A DNA stretch of 64,000 bases, from the NCBI GenBank assembly GCA_937903155.1, contig CALCZU010000029.1, forward strand, positions 4,861 through 68,860. The letters run 5' to 3'. The DNA is from an uncultured Bdellovibrionales bacterium. Lineage in GTDB: Bacteria; Bdellovibrionota; FAC87; UBA2466. The translations under genes were made by a program, and so were the position numbers. Shown here piece after piece: positions 49,616 to 60,104 of the stretch (within the stretch, counting starts at the first letter, position 1; each line of letters begins with the position of its first letter). The notes under the pieces are model-generated. The model worked only from the letters and a program-made list of their open reading frames with translations, was not told the DNA's origin and did no database searches.

Positions 49616-50134
49616 TTATTTTTTCTTTACGGGAGAAACGACAAAGCCTAATTGCGGTAAGCTACCTTGCTTCGCTGAGACGAGTTTCTTACTTTCGATT
49701 TTAACTTCAAGCTCAGACGTAATCCCCTTAGAAAAATTCGCGTCGTTCAGGTTTTCGGACAAAAATTCGTAAGAGTCTTTCTTCTTCGAAATGGGGGACT
49801 CTGAGGAAGGCGCGGAAACTTCTCTCACCATCACAATCCGTTGGTATTCGACAGGAGATCCTTTTTTGTAAAACTCTCGATGAGTTTCCCCTGCAGCCAG
49901 TTTTATTACAGAAGTTTTGGAGTTGGGCTTATTCGTGCCTCTTAAAAGAAGGATTTTCTCTTTCGTTGTGTTTTTGATAGCCACCCAATAACCGTCGTCT
50001 TGTGGCAAAGGAGGTCGAAGCGCTTCTTCTTCCTCATCCTCATGCGTCGCAGACGGCGTCGGAGTTGGAGAATGCTTCACCTCGGCATTAAGACTTTGCA
50101 AACAGAACAAGCTAAGTAGGAAAAGGAGTCTCAT
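49616..50134 (-). CDS. Secreted hypothetical protein
   Basis: ATG at 50134 gives MRLLFLLSLFCLQSLNA. No clear RBS. Confidence 0.5.
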   Translation of the reverse strand: MRLLFLLSLFCLQSLNAEVKHSPTPTPSATHEDEEEEALRPPLPQDDGYWVAIKNTTKEKILLLRGTNKPNSKTSVIKLAAGETHREFYKKGSPVEYQRIVMVREVSAPSSESPISKKKDSYEFLSENLNDANFSKGITSELEVKIESKKLVSAKQGSLPQLGFVVSPVKKK

Positions 50135-50254
50135 TGGAAAATTGTAGCATACAAAACTTACGCATGAGAAGAGCGACAACCCAGCGTTGACTTCTAGTCA
50201 CATCAATTCACCAAATGTGATGTGATTTGACGGGATATTTGATAGCGTTTTCCA

Positions 50255-52018
50255 ATGCAAGCGGCGGCTCTCACAACGGTTTTCCACCAAGGCAAACATC
50301 AGGAAGTGGTGAATGAACTTTTGGGAAATACGACTCACGATGCGGAGACACTACCGCTTCTAATTGGCTCACTGTGTTTTTTAGGAAGACCTGAAGAAGC
50401 CGAAAGTTTCTTCGCAAAACGAGCCGATAGGAAAACACTCGCGGCGTGTCGATTCTATCTCGGCGTGGGGTTTTATCGAGTTTCCGCTTACGAAAAAGGA
50501 AAACGCTACTTCCACTCAAACCTCAAAGAGTTTAAGAATTCCACGAATCCGCTCACTCAATTTTACGTTGCCCAAGGAATGGGGTTTTCCCGCTATCTAG
50601 AGTGTCATTATGGGATCGCTTCAAGATGGGCGTTCAAGGCTCTTCTCTCTTCAAACGAAGCTCACTTTCTCTATGGCAGATACCTGGCATCCGATCTTTT
50701 AGGCTACACGAAAACGCTGTCCGGTAAGATTTCTGAAGGGTTGAAGTTTTTGAAAGAGTCCCGCGTTCTTGCTGAAAAACTAGGATCAGGCGCTTGGCTC
50801 GATGCCGCAACCGCCGCCATCCTGTGCTACGAAGCGCAGTTCGGATTAAAACCAAAGACGATCTTAAAAGAACTCGATAGATGTTACTCCAAACTCAACG
50901 AAGACCTGACTTACTTAAAATCAGGAGTGTTACTTGAAAAGGCAAGGCAGTTAACCCTACGAGGAAGAATCGAAGATTCAAATGAAGTGCTCAATAACGC
51001 TTTTCGTTTGATTTATTCTTCCAAACACAAGCGCCAAGGGGTTCTTTTAAATTTAAGACTTTCTGAAAACCGGTTTCTTCGAGGAGAGCACTACGAAGCG
51101 CTCAATCTTATTCGCAGCACACACGGGGAACTCGATCCAAAAGTGGATCAGCAGCTTTTCCTATCGACAAAAGGAATGGAGAAAAAGCTTTGCAACGCAC
51201 TCTCTCTTCCGTTTTTTTGTAAGGAGTATGATTCCCTGACTCTTTTAAGGGGGAACAGCGTCGCGCAAAGAATTTTTAATCGGGAGAATGGAAAATTTTC
51301 CCGCGGGCCTTCAGAAGATAAAATCGCAGAACTTTTGGATCAAGTCGCTAGGTCAAAAGGCGCTTCAATTGATGAAATCATCCAATCCGACTACTTAGGC
51401 TTTTTATTTCCGCTTCTTCCAAAAAGTAACGCGAAGATCAGAATTTTTCCGGACTTGTCTCGAAATTTTATCTTGGTTCTAGAAAATGGAAATTTGAAAC
51501 TCATCAAGAAAAACCACTCGCTTCAAATCAATCAACTTTTAAAAGTTCTATCCAAAGGAAGCGCTTCAAAAGCAGTTATGGTCAAACAACTTTGGGGTTA
51601 CGATTACCATCCCTTAAGACATGATCCTTTGCTATACCGGTTGATAGGAAGAACCAAAAAACACCTTGAAATCGAAAGCACTTGGTTAGAGACCACTCCT
51701 CGAGGCTATCAATTGTCTCAAGATATTTCGATTTTGTTTGTTAACGCCGAATCCACGCCGTCTCTTCCGGAACCCAATGAAATCGATTGGGTACCAGAGC
51801 CGCTGACGGAGTTAAATCACCGACAGCTGAAAATCCTTCAAATACTTAAGAAAAAGGATTTCTTAGACGTCCAGGAGATTCAAAAGTCTTTCAAAGTCTC
51901 GCCCATCACCGCCTCACGCGACTTGTCAGACCTTTTTAAAAAGGGAAAACTCTTCCGCTGCGGCAAAGCGAGGGCGACAAAATACGGACTTCCCAATTCA
52001 AACCAAATGGAGCAATAA
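50255..52018 (+). CDS. Helical-repeat protein with C-terminal DeoR-like winged HTH
   Basis: C-terminal LNHRQLKILQILKKKDFLDVQEIQKSFKVSPITASRDLSDL. Confidence 0.55.
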   Translation: MQAAALTTVFHQGKHQEVVNELLGNTTHDAETLPLLIGSLCFLGRPEEAESFFAKRADRKTLAACRFYLGVGFYRVSAYEKGKRYFHSNLKEFKNSTNPLTQFYVAQGMGFSRYLECHYGIASRWAFKALLSSNEAHFLYGRYLASDLLGYTKTLSGKISEGLKFLKESRVLAEKLGSGAWLDAATAAILCYEAQFGLKPKTILKELDRCYSKLNEDLTYLKSGVLLEKARQLTLRGRIEDSNEVLNNAFRLIYSSKHKRQGVLLNLRLSENRFLRGEHYEALNLIRSTHGELDPKVDQQLFLSTKGMEKKLCNALSLPFFCKEYDSLTLLRGNSVAQRIFNRENGKFSRGPSEDKIAELLDQVARSKGASIDEIIQSDYLGFLFPLLPKSNAKIRIFPDLSRNFILVLENGNLKLIKKNHSLQINQLLKVLSKGSASKAVMVKQLWGYDYHPLRHDPLLYRLIGRTKKHLEIESTWLETTPRGYQLSQDISILFVNAESTPSLPEPNEIDWVPEPLTELNHRQLKILQILKKKDFLDVQEIQKSFKVSPITASRDLSDLFKKGKLFRCGKARATKYGLPNSNQMEQ

Positions 52019-52025
52019 TCAACCT

Positions 52026-52535
52026 ATGAGAGCAATCTTATTTTTCATCGTTTCCTTTTCAATCGTTTCACAAGCCGCTAAGACGACCGCCACCTATCAG
52101 GTTCCTGTTCCGGCAAAACTAGTGCCGTACGCGACGTTCGTTCTTGAAAACACCTCACTCGAGATAAAAAATGAAACAGCGGATCTGACCTATTATCTTC
52201 CGCTAGAAATCGTGCACTCCCAAATTCACGACACACCCATTCACTTAAAAGGAAAAGTAAAATCTTTTCCACAGCAATTTCAGATGACCGACGGAGAGCA
52301 TGCCCAAGCCTCTTGTTCGCTGCGAAAAAAAGATCTGACTTGTATCGTTTCATACGGTTTCGCGCCCAACCTAGAGTCCGTCGCAGCCTACCTCAAAAAG
52401 ACTTACCCGGCGCGAGAGTTCGAAATGCGCTTTCAAGTCGCACGAGCCTTCGTGGGGGAAGACCTTTCAGACTCTTCCGCGAACGCAACAGATGGCACTG
52501 AATCCGGCGGTGTCGTGAGCGTGACTCTTCCCTAA
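52026..52535 (+). CDS. Secreted hypothetical protein
   Basis: Signal peptide MRAILFFIVSFSIVSQA. Confidence 0.6.
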   Translation: MRAILFFIVSFSIVSQAAKTTATYQVPVPAKLVPYATFVLENTSLEIKNETADLTYYLPLEIVHSQIHDTPIHLKGKVKSFPQQFQMTDGEHAQASCSLRKKDLTCIVSYGFAPNLESVAAYLKKTYPAREFEMRFQVARAFVGEDLSDSSANATDGTESGGVVSVTLP

Positions 52536-52616
52536 ACAGAATCCGTGGTAGAGAACAGCGCATTCCAGTCGCGTATGATTGGTATTCGTTGTACAAAAGC
52601 ATCCGGAGTGAAAGTG

Positions 52617-53426
52617 ATGCTTAAACCTTACCCAGTTTTGATCCTGCTTCTTCTATCGCAAGCAAATACGGCGAAATCTCAAAATCAACCTTTTGCCGTT
52701 TTCCCATCGGCTATTTTCAAAGAAACTTTTCAAGCCAATGTCTTTGGAAGAGATAACCGAAAAAAGATTACCAAATTGGATTATCCCTGGAGCACGATTG
52801 GATACTTAGAAAGCCGTTTAGGATGTACCGCGACGCTCGTGGGTAAAAACTTAATCTTAACTGCAGCTCATTGCCTGTACGGAGAAGCCCGAACGGCTCC
52901 TCGAAAAAGGCCACAGGTCCCGAACGAAAGTTTTTTTCACTTAAATATCTCCGATCCCAAAACGGCAACGAAATCTCGTATCCGCAATCAAAAAATCGTT
53001 GCGGGAACTCAACAACCTTTTCAAGAAAGAACTCACGACTGGGCACTCCTCGAGTTAGAAGATAATCTCGGAGAAACCTTTGGCTGGATGAAAATGGGAG
53101 ATGACACTCAAGGCGTTTTGAATATTGCTGGATATCCTTACGAACGGTGGGATGGAAAGACTCTTGCCACCGATCAATGTTCCATTCAAGAAATAGTGGA
53201 TGGGTTTCTTTTACACGATTGTGATTCCAGCATGGGAATGTCGGGAGGCCCTTTATTTAAAATCATTTCCTCAAAAGAAGCCAAGATAGTTGCGCTTCAC
53301 ATTGCGGAATACCGACATGGAGCCCTAGACACTCCGAGCTTTCGCAAATACACCGCCGAAAATGCAAACGTAGCTATTCCGCTAGTAGAGGCGCTAAAAG
53401 CGAAAGAGCGATCTTTCGATAAATGA
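52617..53426 (+). CDS. Secreted trypsin-like (S1) serine protease
   Basis: TAAHC, DWALLEL and DSSMGMSGGPLF. ATG at 52617 after GGAG. Confidence 0.8.
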   Translation: MLKPYPVLILLLLSQANTAKSQNQPFAVFPSAIFKETFQANVFGRDNRKKITKLDYPWSTIGYLESRLGCTATLVGKNLILTAAHCLYGEARTAPRKRPQVPNESFFHLNISDPKTATKSRIRNQKIVAGTQQPFQERTHDWALLELEDNLGETFGWMKMGDDTQGVLNIAGYPYERWDGKTLATDQCSIQEIVDGFLLHDCDSSMGMSGGPLFKIISSKEAKIVALHIAEYRHGALDTPSFRKYTAENANVAIPLVEALKAKERSFDK

Positions 53427-53501
53427 AACGCTTCTAATCGGGAATATAGTATTGACAACACTGTCAAAAAATTAGTATCTGGGCGGAAGGGGGAACATTC
53501 C

Positions 53502-53957
53502 ATGAGAAGAAATCATTTTCTTATATTGATCGGACTATTCACGCTTCTCTCGGTTCCGAATGCTTTTTCGAGCAATGAGGAGTCTTTTTTTCGGGGAAAT
53601 TTCTATCGCAGGGGCGGAGCAAAGTGTTTTCATCCTCATTGGAGTGGGACCGAGTTCGGCCAACTTTCTATCTCTGAGGATCTTTCGTCCGCTACCGTGA
53701 CGATTGAAAAGAAAGCCTACACGTTGACGAACGGTCAAATCGTACAGCGCAAGATAACGGATCAAGATGCGTGTACACCCTATCAAGGAAAGGTCATCGA
53801 ATTTAAAGGAACGATTAAAGGCGAGACTGTCTTGCTCCAAAAACTCCTTCACCCTAAGTATAACGACTGGTTTATTTTCGAGGTGGGTTTCAAACATTGG
53901 GGAACCTACCCAGCGGAAGAAATAGGGATTGGATGTTGCTGGGTCAGTCCGATTTAA
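53502..53957 (+). CDS. Secreted hypothetical protein
   Basis: AAGGGGGAAC upstream. Signal peptide. Confidence 0.65.
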   Translation: MRRNHFLILIGLFTLLSVPNAFSSNEESFFRGNFYRRGGAKCFHPHWSGTEFGQLSISEDLSSATVTIEKKAYTLTNGQIVQRKITDQDACTPYQGKVIEFKGTIKGETVLLQKLLHPKYNDWFIFEVGFKHWGTYPAEEIGIGCCWVSPI

Positions 53958-53970
53958 CCGGTTATCTCAA

Positions 53971-55539
53971 TCATTCATTTAATCGGAGCGCTTTAAGATG
54001 ATTGCTCACTCTGATGAGATTTCTATCCGGCAAAAGGACGTTGATAATCTTTGGGAGAAATTCCTTACTGGGTGAATCAAAATCGATAAGGCTCATCAAA
54101 AAATTGATTCTGATAGGAGAGAGACCTGCCCTTTTCAGAAAAAATTCACGTTCACCTTTCGATTCTCCGAAAAACGGCTGAAGCACTTGCGACAAATCTT
54201 GATATTGCATAAACGTCGGCGTTCCGCCCCAGTTAGTCACATAAAGAAATTCATCGATTGCTTTCACATCGGATGCGCTTAAGACGCTATTTGGCGGCAA
54301 CTCGGGTGTGCCTTCGTCCCGGACCGAGGGAGTCGTCGGCGGCTTGATTCCGCTCACATTTACTCGAAGTTCTTTTGGCGCTACCGCTGGTTCGACGAGA
54401 TCTGGAAGAGAGGGTTTCACGCGAATGTCGATTTTTCGCACCCACTCCGTTTGTTCATTCTCGGAAAGAGTGCGATTGAGCCGAGGTTTACTCACTTCGA
54501 TGGACGCCGGAGAATCAGATTCGACCCAAAAGTACGTCTTCGCCCGATTGATGCCGTAGTCACTCGGAAGAAGCGCTTGTTCTGTCGTTTCCGTAAAAAG
54601 GTGTCGCAACCCATTTCCTCTCACAATTGGGATATCAAATTTATATCGATAGCGGTCTTCGGTTTCACTCGGTCGCAAGGTCTCGATGACGATAATATCT
54701 CCTTTAGAAACGGTGAGCCGTTGTGGCCGTTCATCGTATCGCAGCTGATGAATATGATTCACTTCTACATTTTCACGTTTTCCGGCAGTCTGAAGGGAAA
54801 AAGGTAAAATATTCCCTGAGACGGTAAAACCGCTATAAATTGGACTCGCGGTGTATGCTTTTCGCCACTTTTCGATTCGCTCATCTGCCAACGCCAATCG
54901 CTCTTCCCATGATTTTCCCCTTTCTTCATCCTCCAACCTTCGCAAATGATTTTTTGCATTCAGAGAGGGCGCGGTTAGGCGTGCGCCTAGAAGTTCGCTG
55001 AGAAGAGGAGTACTATTTCCTTCCTTAAAAAGAATTTTTCTGTACTCACGGTAAACCCGCAGAACCTCTAGTTCATCCACTCCAATTTCTCTTTGCCCTG
55101 TAACAACCTGATAATAACGGTTGGTTGTAAACTCCGTTTTTCCGGAAGCATCTGCTTTAGCGAAAAAGAGGTACTCCAGCTTGTCGTTGTTTGTTCCATG
55201 AATGCGTGAGCGTTCAGACAGAACCTTCATTTCTGGCGACGAAAACGCGGCTGCTTTAAAATAGTGATTTGGATCGCCAACTCGTTCAAGGAGGCGGCGT
55301 TTGGCATCAAGATCGAGGTTTCCCTTCTCGAGAAGATGGCTCATATCCACTCGGAGAATGACGACGTCTCCCCTATTGACCGCAGGTTTAGCTATTTTAC
55401 CCAGAGATACCGTGCAGACTTTAGCGCCTGAGCCAAAAGGGACTTCGCTCGGCACTCTTTTCTCCAGAGGCCGAGGCCACGTTTCCGACATTGAAAATGA
55501 GGAGAAGAAAATCAAACAAAGAATTGCGAGAAATTTCAC
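53971..55539 (-). CDS. Secreted hypothetical protein
   Basis: GTG at 55539 gives a signal peptide (M)KFLAILCLIFFSSFS. The ORF in the track extends to 55629. Confidence 0.5.
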   Translation of the reverse strand: MKFLAILCLIFFSSFSMSETWPRPLEKRVPSEVPFGSGAKVCTVSLGKIAKPAVNRGDVVILRVDMSHLLEKGNLDLDAKRRLLERVGDPNHYFKAAAFSSPEMKVLSERSRIHGTNNDKLEYLFFAKADASGKTEFTTNRYYQVVTGQREIGVDELEVLRVYREYRKILFKEGNSTPLLSELLGARLTAPSLNAKNHLRRLEDEERGKSWEERLALADERIEKWRKAYTASPIYSGFTVSGNILPFSLQTAGKRENVEVNHIHQLRYDERPQRLTVSKGDIIVIETLRPSETEDRYRYKFDIPIVRGNGLRHLFTETTEQALLPSDYGINRAKTYFWVESDSPASIEVSKPRLNRTLSENEQTEWVRKIDIRVKPSLPDLVEPAVAPKELRVNVSGIKPPTTPSVRDEGTPELPPNSVLSASDVKAIDEFLYVTNWGGTPTFMQYQDLSQVLQPFFGESKGEREFFLKRAGLSPIRINFLMSLIDFDSPSKEFLPKIINVLLPDRNLIRVSNHLKALRLNE

Positions 55540-55647
55540 GCAGCTTAAATAACACCTCGCGCAATCAAACTCAATACCGAGAACGCCACCGCTTAAGACA
55601 TCAAGATCACTGAAATAAACCAGTATCACATCGGCGGAACTCTCGAC

Positions 55648-56700
55648 CTACGAACCCAAATTCAAACGCTGAGCTGCAATGTAGATGATGATGTCTTCCA
55701 CCTTCGCACGGTGGTCGATGCTGATGAAAAAGTTTTCCGTGAAACTTTTCGAAAATTTATCAGAAATATGAATTCCTAAAAATTTGACTCCCTTTTTTTC
55801 CATTAACTGCGGACGGTCCTTTTGAATCGTCATCAGCGTTTGCATCGCGGCCTGAACATTTTCTTTCGACATCAATGGGTCACTCGTATACTCAAAGCCC
55901 GTCAAATCAGAAAACGCATGAACTTTTTCACCAAATTCCCTATCGAACCTTCGTAAGAACGCTTCCATTTCTTGAGCTGTGCCTTTGGCATCGATCATCG
56001 GAAGATGGTCTTCGAAAAAACCAAACGTAATGAGAATTGCTGGCAGATGATTGGATTTAAAAAGTTCCAGCTGATTTAACCCGATGAGTTTGTTCAGTGC
56101 CGCATTACAGTCCGAAGTGCTCACGGAAAGACAAACGACGGGTTTTCCGACGACATCGCTAAACGTTTTTAATTTCTCTTTCATCTTCTCCGAGCTCATT
56201 TGGGAAGCACCATTGACGACGATTGGAGTTTTTGACTTTGGAGATTCGACGACCGACCAAACGCCGTCCGCATCCCTGTTAAATTTCCAAATATACGCTT
56301 CCGAACTTTTACGGCTGAAATCGACGATATATTCGTTCACATTTTCCGTCACAGGGATCGAAAGGGTATGAGAATACGTCTTTGGCCACGAAGGAATCGT
56401 GCAAATCACATTCGGGGGCGGCGGCGTTACACTCGCGTACAAGTAAAAACGGGTCGTTTGAGAAGCCTCACTCACCGCGTTTTGTTCGAACACATAAGGA
56501 AAAGTCGCCGTCCCACAGAATTTCGTTTCGACGGTGACATCCATTTTCAAGCTAATCGCAGAGGACTTTTCGTCGACTGGAAAACTCACCTCTTGTGAAT
56601 CGACGCTGTAGACTGTCATCTTCTCCGTTCGCGCGAACGTTTGAGATGTTGCGAAAAGTGACAAAGCCACAAAGAAAAAACGTGTGATTGATAAATTCAT
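55648..56700 (-). CDS. Secreted hypothetical protein
   Basis: ATG at 56700 gives MNLSITRFFFVALSLFATSQTFA. Confidence 0.6.
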   Translation of the reverse strand: MNLSITRFFFVALSLFATSQTFARTEKMTVYSVDSQEVSFPVDEKSSAISLKMDVTVETKFCGTATFPYVFEQNAVSEASQTTRFYLYASVTPPPPNVICTIPSWPKTYSHTLSIPVTENVNEYIVDFSRKSSEAYIWKFNRDADGVWSVVESPKSKTPIVVNGASQMSSEKMKEKLKTFSDVVGKPVVCLSVSTSDCNAALNKLIGLNQLELFKSNHLPAILITFGFFEDHLPMIDAKGTAQEMEAFLRRFDREFGEKVHAFSDLTGFEYTSDPLMSKENVQAAMQTLMTIQKDRPQLMEKKGVKFLGIHISDKFSKSFTENFFISIDHRAKVEDIIIYIAAQRLNLGS

Positions 56701-56792
56701 CTTAAAACCCCCATCTAATTTCAATCTCTGTATCTCACCGGGGGTATCGTGACAACCCCCTAAAAATGACCCACCTCATTAAGCGGTGTTCT

Positions 56793-57806
56793 CTACCATT
56801 CGCTCACAACGATTTTGCCTCGGCCTTTTCCCGACTCAAGCAGCGCATGGGCTTTTCGTAAGTTAGCAGCTGTTAGCGGTTTTAAAATTTGGCTCACGGT
56901 ATGGCGTAGCTTACCTTGTTCAATCCACTCTGCGACTTCGTCTAGAATTTCTCCTTGGTGAGACATATCCGGAGTTTGAAACATCGAACGCGTGAACATG
57001 AGCTCCCAACTAAACGTCGCGCTTTTCATCATCAATAAAGTGAGATCGATGGGCTCTGGCGATTCCACAATCGAAGAAATCTTACCGAAAGGTTTGATGA
57101 GATCGGCCATCTGTTTCCAGTACGCAGTCGTGTTGGCGGTGTTAAAGATCACATCGACTTCGCGAATTCCGTATCCTTCCAACTGAGGCTTCAGATCTTG
57201 CCTATGATCGAGCACGATATCCGCGCCAAACTCTTTCACCCAACTGACTGTCTCGGGACGTGAAGCCGTTGTGATGACCTTAAGTCCTGCGAGCTTTGCC
57301 ATCTGAATGGCCATTGTTCCCACTCCCCCTGCTCCACCAATAATTAAAATCGTTTTTTCGTTGGACGTGCCCGAGAATGAAATCCCCAGATGTTCAAGCG
57401 CTTCATAGGCGGTCAATGCCGTGAGCGGAAGTCCCGCACTTTCGGCGAGTTTCAAACTTCGAGGCGCGTGCCCGACAATTCTTGCATCGACGGCGTGAAA
57501 CTGACTGTTAGTTCCCGCACGAGTAATATCGCCCGCGTAGTACACTTCATCGCCGACTTTAAAACCAGAAACTTCACTTCCTACTTCAACGACGGTTCCT
57601 GCGGCGTCATATCCTAGAATGACCGGCTCTCCGTGGACGGAGGCTTTTCGTTTTCTCTGTTTCGTATCCACAGGATTGACCGAAACGGAATGAACTTTGA
57701 CAAGCAAGTCTTTGGGACGGGGTTCAGGTTTAGCGATTTGTAAGTCCATCAAAGATTCAGGGTTTTCGATGGGAAGATTTTTTGTGTAACCGATAGCATT
57801 CATCAT
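56793..57806 (-). CDS. Zn-dependent alcohol dehydrogenase / quinone oxidoreductase family (MDR)
   Basis: GGAG 8 nt upstream of ATGATG. LIIGGAGGVGTMAIQMAKLAG. Confidence 0.8.
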   Translation of the reverse strand: MMNAIGYTKNLPIENPESLMDLQIAKPEPRPKDLLVKVHSVSVNPVDTKQRKRKASVHGEPVILGYDAAGTVVEVGSEVSGFKVGDEVYYAGDITRAGTNSQFHAVDARIVGHAPRSLKLAESAGLPLTALTAYEALEHLGISFSGTSNEKTILIIGGAGGVGTMAIQMAKLAGLKVITTASRPETVSWVKEFGADIVLDHRQDLKPQLEGYGIREVDVIFNTANTTAYWKQMADLIKPFGKISSIVESPEPIDLTLLMMKSATFSWELMFTRSMFQTPDMSHQGEILDEVAEWIEQGKLRHTVSQILKPLTAANLRKAHALLESGKGRGKIVVSEW

Positions 57807-57983
57807 TGTGATCTCCTTAAATGAATTTAAACAGCCTGCCCTGGCCTGAGCATTTGAAATAGAACAGCTCAAGACACCGGGAAGCAAGAGGTTTAAGTTT
57901 TTATTTCGTCTCTTCATGCACCCTTTGTAGCTCTTTTTTCGATAGATAATAATACGGTATTTTGGTAAGAGATTCTTTCCAAT

Positions 57984-58877
57984 ATGGAACAAATAAAAAT
58001 ACGTGATTTAAGTCTCTGGGAAGCCTTTTACTGGGTTTGTAAGAAAAGTAGCTTCACTTCCGCGGCAGAACAGTTGCGGATGAATGTCCCTTTCTTAAGT
58101 AAGAAAATCGGAAAACTCGAAGAGAGTTTAGGAGTTCGACTTTTTAATCGAACCACACGGCGAGTGAGTATGACCCAAGAAGCGCAAAACCTTCTCCCAA
58201 GAGTCGAGACTTTACTCGAGGAAGCCGGGGGACTGGAAAGAGCTCACCCGTCCTTAGACGAAGCCGGTTTGATTCGCCTGACCTGCGTTCCGTCTTTTGC
58301 TTACAGCTGCCTTTCTCGAATGCTTGTGAAATTTCGAGAAAAGCATCCTGCAGTTTTTTTTGACCTCCACGTTTCAGAACAACTCATCGACCTGGTCGAT
58401 TCACAAATGGATGTCGCAATTCGGGTACAAACTCCTAAAGGCGCCCAATTTGTATTTCGAAAGCTTTTAGTGAATGAGCTTATCTGGTGCGCTTCCCCCA
58501 AATATTTAAAAGCCCATCCGCCGTTAAAAAAAGCAGAAGACTTAAAACAACACGATCTTTTAGTGCTTCCCGTTTACGAAGATTGCGGGATGCCGAAGGG
58601 GCGAGTTCGAGACTATTTAAAAAACCAACCTTTGCGATGTGGAAGTGGTGCAGTTCTGACAGAGCTCACATTACAAGGCGGTGGAATTGCACTTCGATCG
58701 AGATGGGATGTGATGCCGCTCATTCGCGCGGGCAAGTTGGAAGAAGTTTTAGAGAAGGAAACCGTAGAACCTTTCGGAGAATTATTTGCGGTCACGCCCC
58801 ACAATCGCCTTCTCACTCGCAGGGTTCGTCTTTTCCTAGACTTCTTATCGCAAGAGTGCCGTAGCCTCGAAGGTTGA
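57984..58877 (+). CDS. LysR-family transcriptional regulator
   Basis: N-terminal HTH and a periplasmic-binding-protein-like effector domain. It is divergent from the oxidoreductase. Confidence 0.85.
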   Translation: MEQIKIRDLSLWEAFYWVCKKSSFTSAAEQLRMNVPFLSKKIGKLEESLGVRLFNRTTRRVSMTQEAQNLLPRVETLLEEAGGLERAHPSLDEAGLIRLTCVPSFAYSCLSRMLVKFREKHPAVFFDLHVSEQLIDLVDSQMDVAIRVQTPKGAQFVFRKLLVNELIWCASPKYLKAHPPLKKAEDLKQHDLLVLPVYEDCGMPKGRVRDYLKNQPLRCGSGAVLTELTLQGGGIALRSRWDVMPLIRAGKLEEVLEKETVEPFGELFAVTPHNRLLTRRVRLFLDFLSQECRSLEG

Positions 58878-58938
58878 GGCCGACGTTTACAGATTGTACT
58901 AGTGTAGGTTAAACTTAATTCTCTCTCTTTCTAGCACT

Positions 58939-60057
58939 ATGACCTCTTCCACTCCCAAAATTCTCTTTCTTACTTTGTACGACGAGAGCGGTGCCAGCAC
59001 TCGCTATTCGGTTTACGAGTACTTGCCTTTCATCGAAGCAGCGGGAATCAAATATGAGATTCGGCCGCTTTTAAAAAAAGAATTTAGCAAACTCGCAAAC
59101 TCGGTAGCCCAACCGAAAGGTATTGTTGACCTCTTTAAAACTTTGATATTTCTCATCCTCAAGTTTCTTTCTCGTTACAAAGATGTTTGGAGAAGTTCAG
59201 AGTACCCACTGACGGTCGTTCAAAAAGATGTGCTGCCCTTCGGAGTGCAGTGGATTTTAAAACTGAGAGCGCAACGGATTATCTTTATGGTGGATGATCC
59301 CATTTGGCTAAAACATCCCGGTGCGTTTGGAAAAATATTTCTATTAGGCAGCTTCGTCGCTTGCTACCGTAAGCATCTTTTCAAAGAAATTTGCAAAGCT
59401 TCAGACCTTGTCATCGTCGATAATCCTTACATGAAAAAAACCGCAGATCAATGGGCGAAGAAAGTGATTGTCATTCCCACGACCATTAATGTCCAGAACT
59501 ACGGAAAGATTACGGTTCAGCAAGATCCTGTTGCGTTTGGCTGGATCGGCAGTCCCAGTTCGGTCCATCTTTTACAGGCGCTTCTGCCTTTGCTGGAAAA
59601 ACTGGCTGAGACCCATCCCATTCGTCTCATCAACGTCTCAAGCACGACGCTCACGAGCTCTAAGATAGAAATTACCAATTTGGTTTGGACACCAGAAAAC
59701 GAAATTAGAGCAATGGAAAATTTCTGTATTGGGCTGATGCCGATGGATCAAACAGAGTTTAGTTCGTTTCGAACCAGTCGCAAATGGCACATCTATTCGC
59801 TCGCAAACATTGTCACTCTCGCCCAATGGACCCAATTGAATGCAATGTTACTGAAAGACGAACAAGATGTTGTCTTCTACCGAACGAGTGACGAGTTTAT
59901 TGAAAATGCGAAAGAGTTAATTCTTGATGAAAAAAAACGCATCCGGATTGCAAGTGAAGCGAACCGCGTCGTCCAGAATGAATACTCTCTTCAAGCAGGT
60001 GGAAAGATGTATCTCGATGCTTTTCGAAGCGTTTTAGATCACCCGCCCGTCCAGTAA
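58939..60057 (+). CDS. Putative GT-B fold glycosyltransferase
   Basis: The C-terminal Rossmann half is GT1/4-like. This call is weak. Confidence 0.45.
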   Translation: MTSSTPKILFLTLYDESGASTRYSVYEYLPFIEAAGIKYEIRPLLKKEFSKLANSVAQPKGIVDLFKTLIFLILKFLSRYKDVWRSSEYPLTVVQKDVLPFGVQWILKLRAQRIIFMVDDPIWLKHPGAFGKIFLLGSFVACYRKHLFKEICKASDLVIVDNPYMKKTADQWAKKVIVIPTTINVQNYGKITVQQDPVAFGWIGSPSSVHLLQALLPLLEKLAETHPIRLINVSSTTLTSSKIEITNLVWTPENEIRAMENFCIGLMPMDQTEFSSFRTSRKWHIYSLANIVTLAQWTQLNAMLLKDEQDVVFYRTSDEFIENAKELILDEKKRIRIASEANRVVQNEYSLQAGGKMYLDAFRSVLDHPPVQ

Positions 60058-60104
60058 AAAATATTGGAACAGCCGTCTAGATTGGCGTAAAATAAGTTTA
60101 CACC

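Noticed and set aside
57812-57825. TTAAA-TGAA-TTTAA as a LysR box
   Set aside because: It overlaps the RBS and start of the oxidoreductase gene rather than lying near -65. It is probably just AT-rich.
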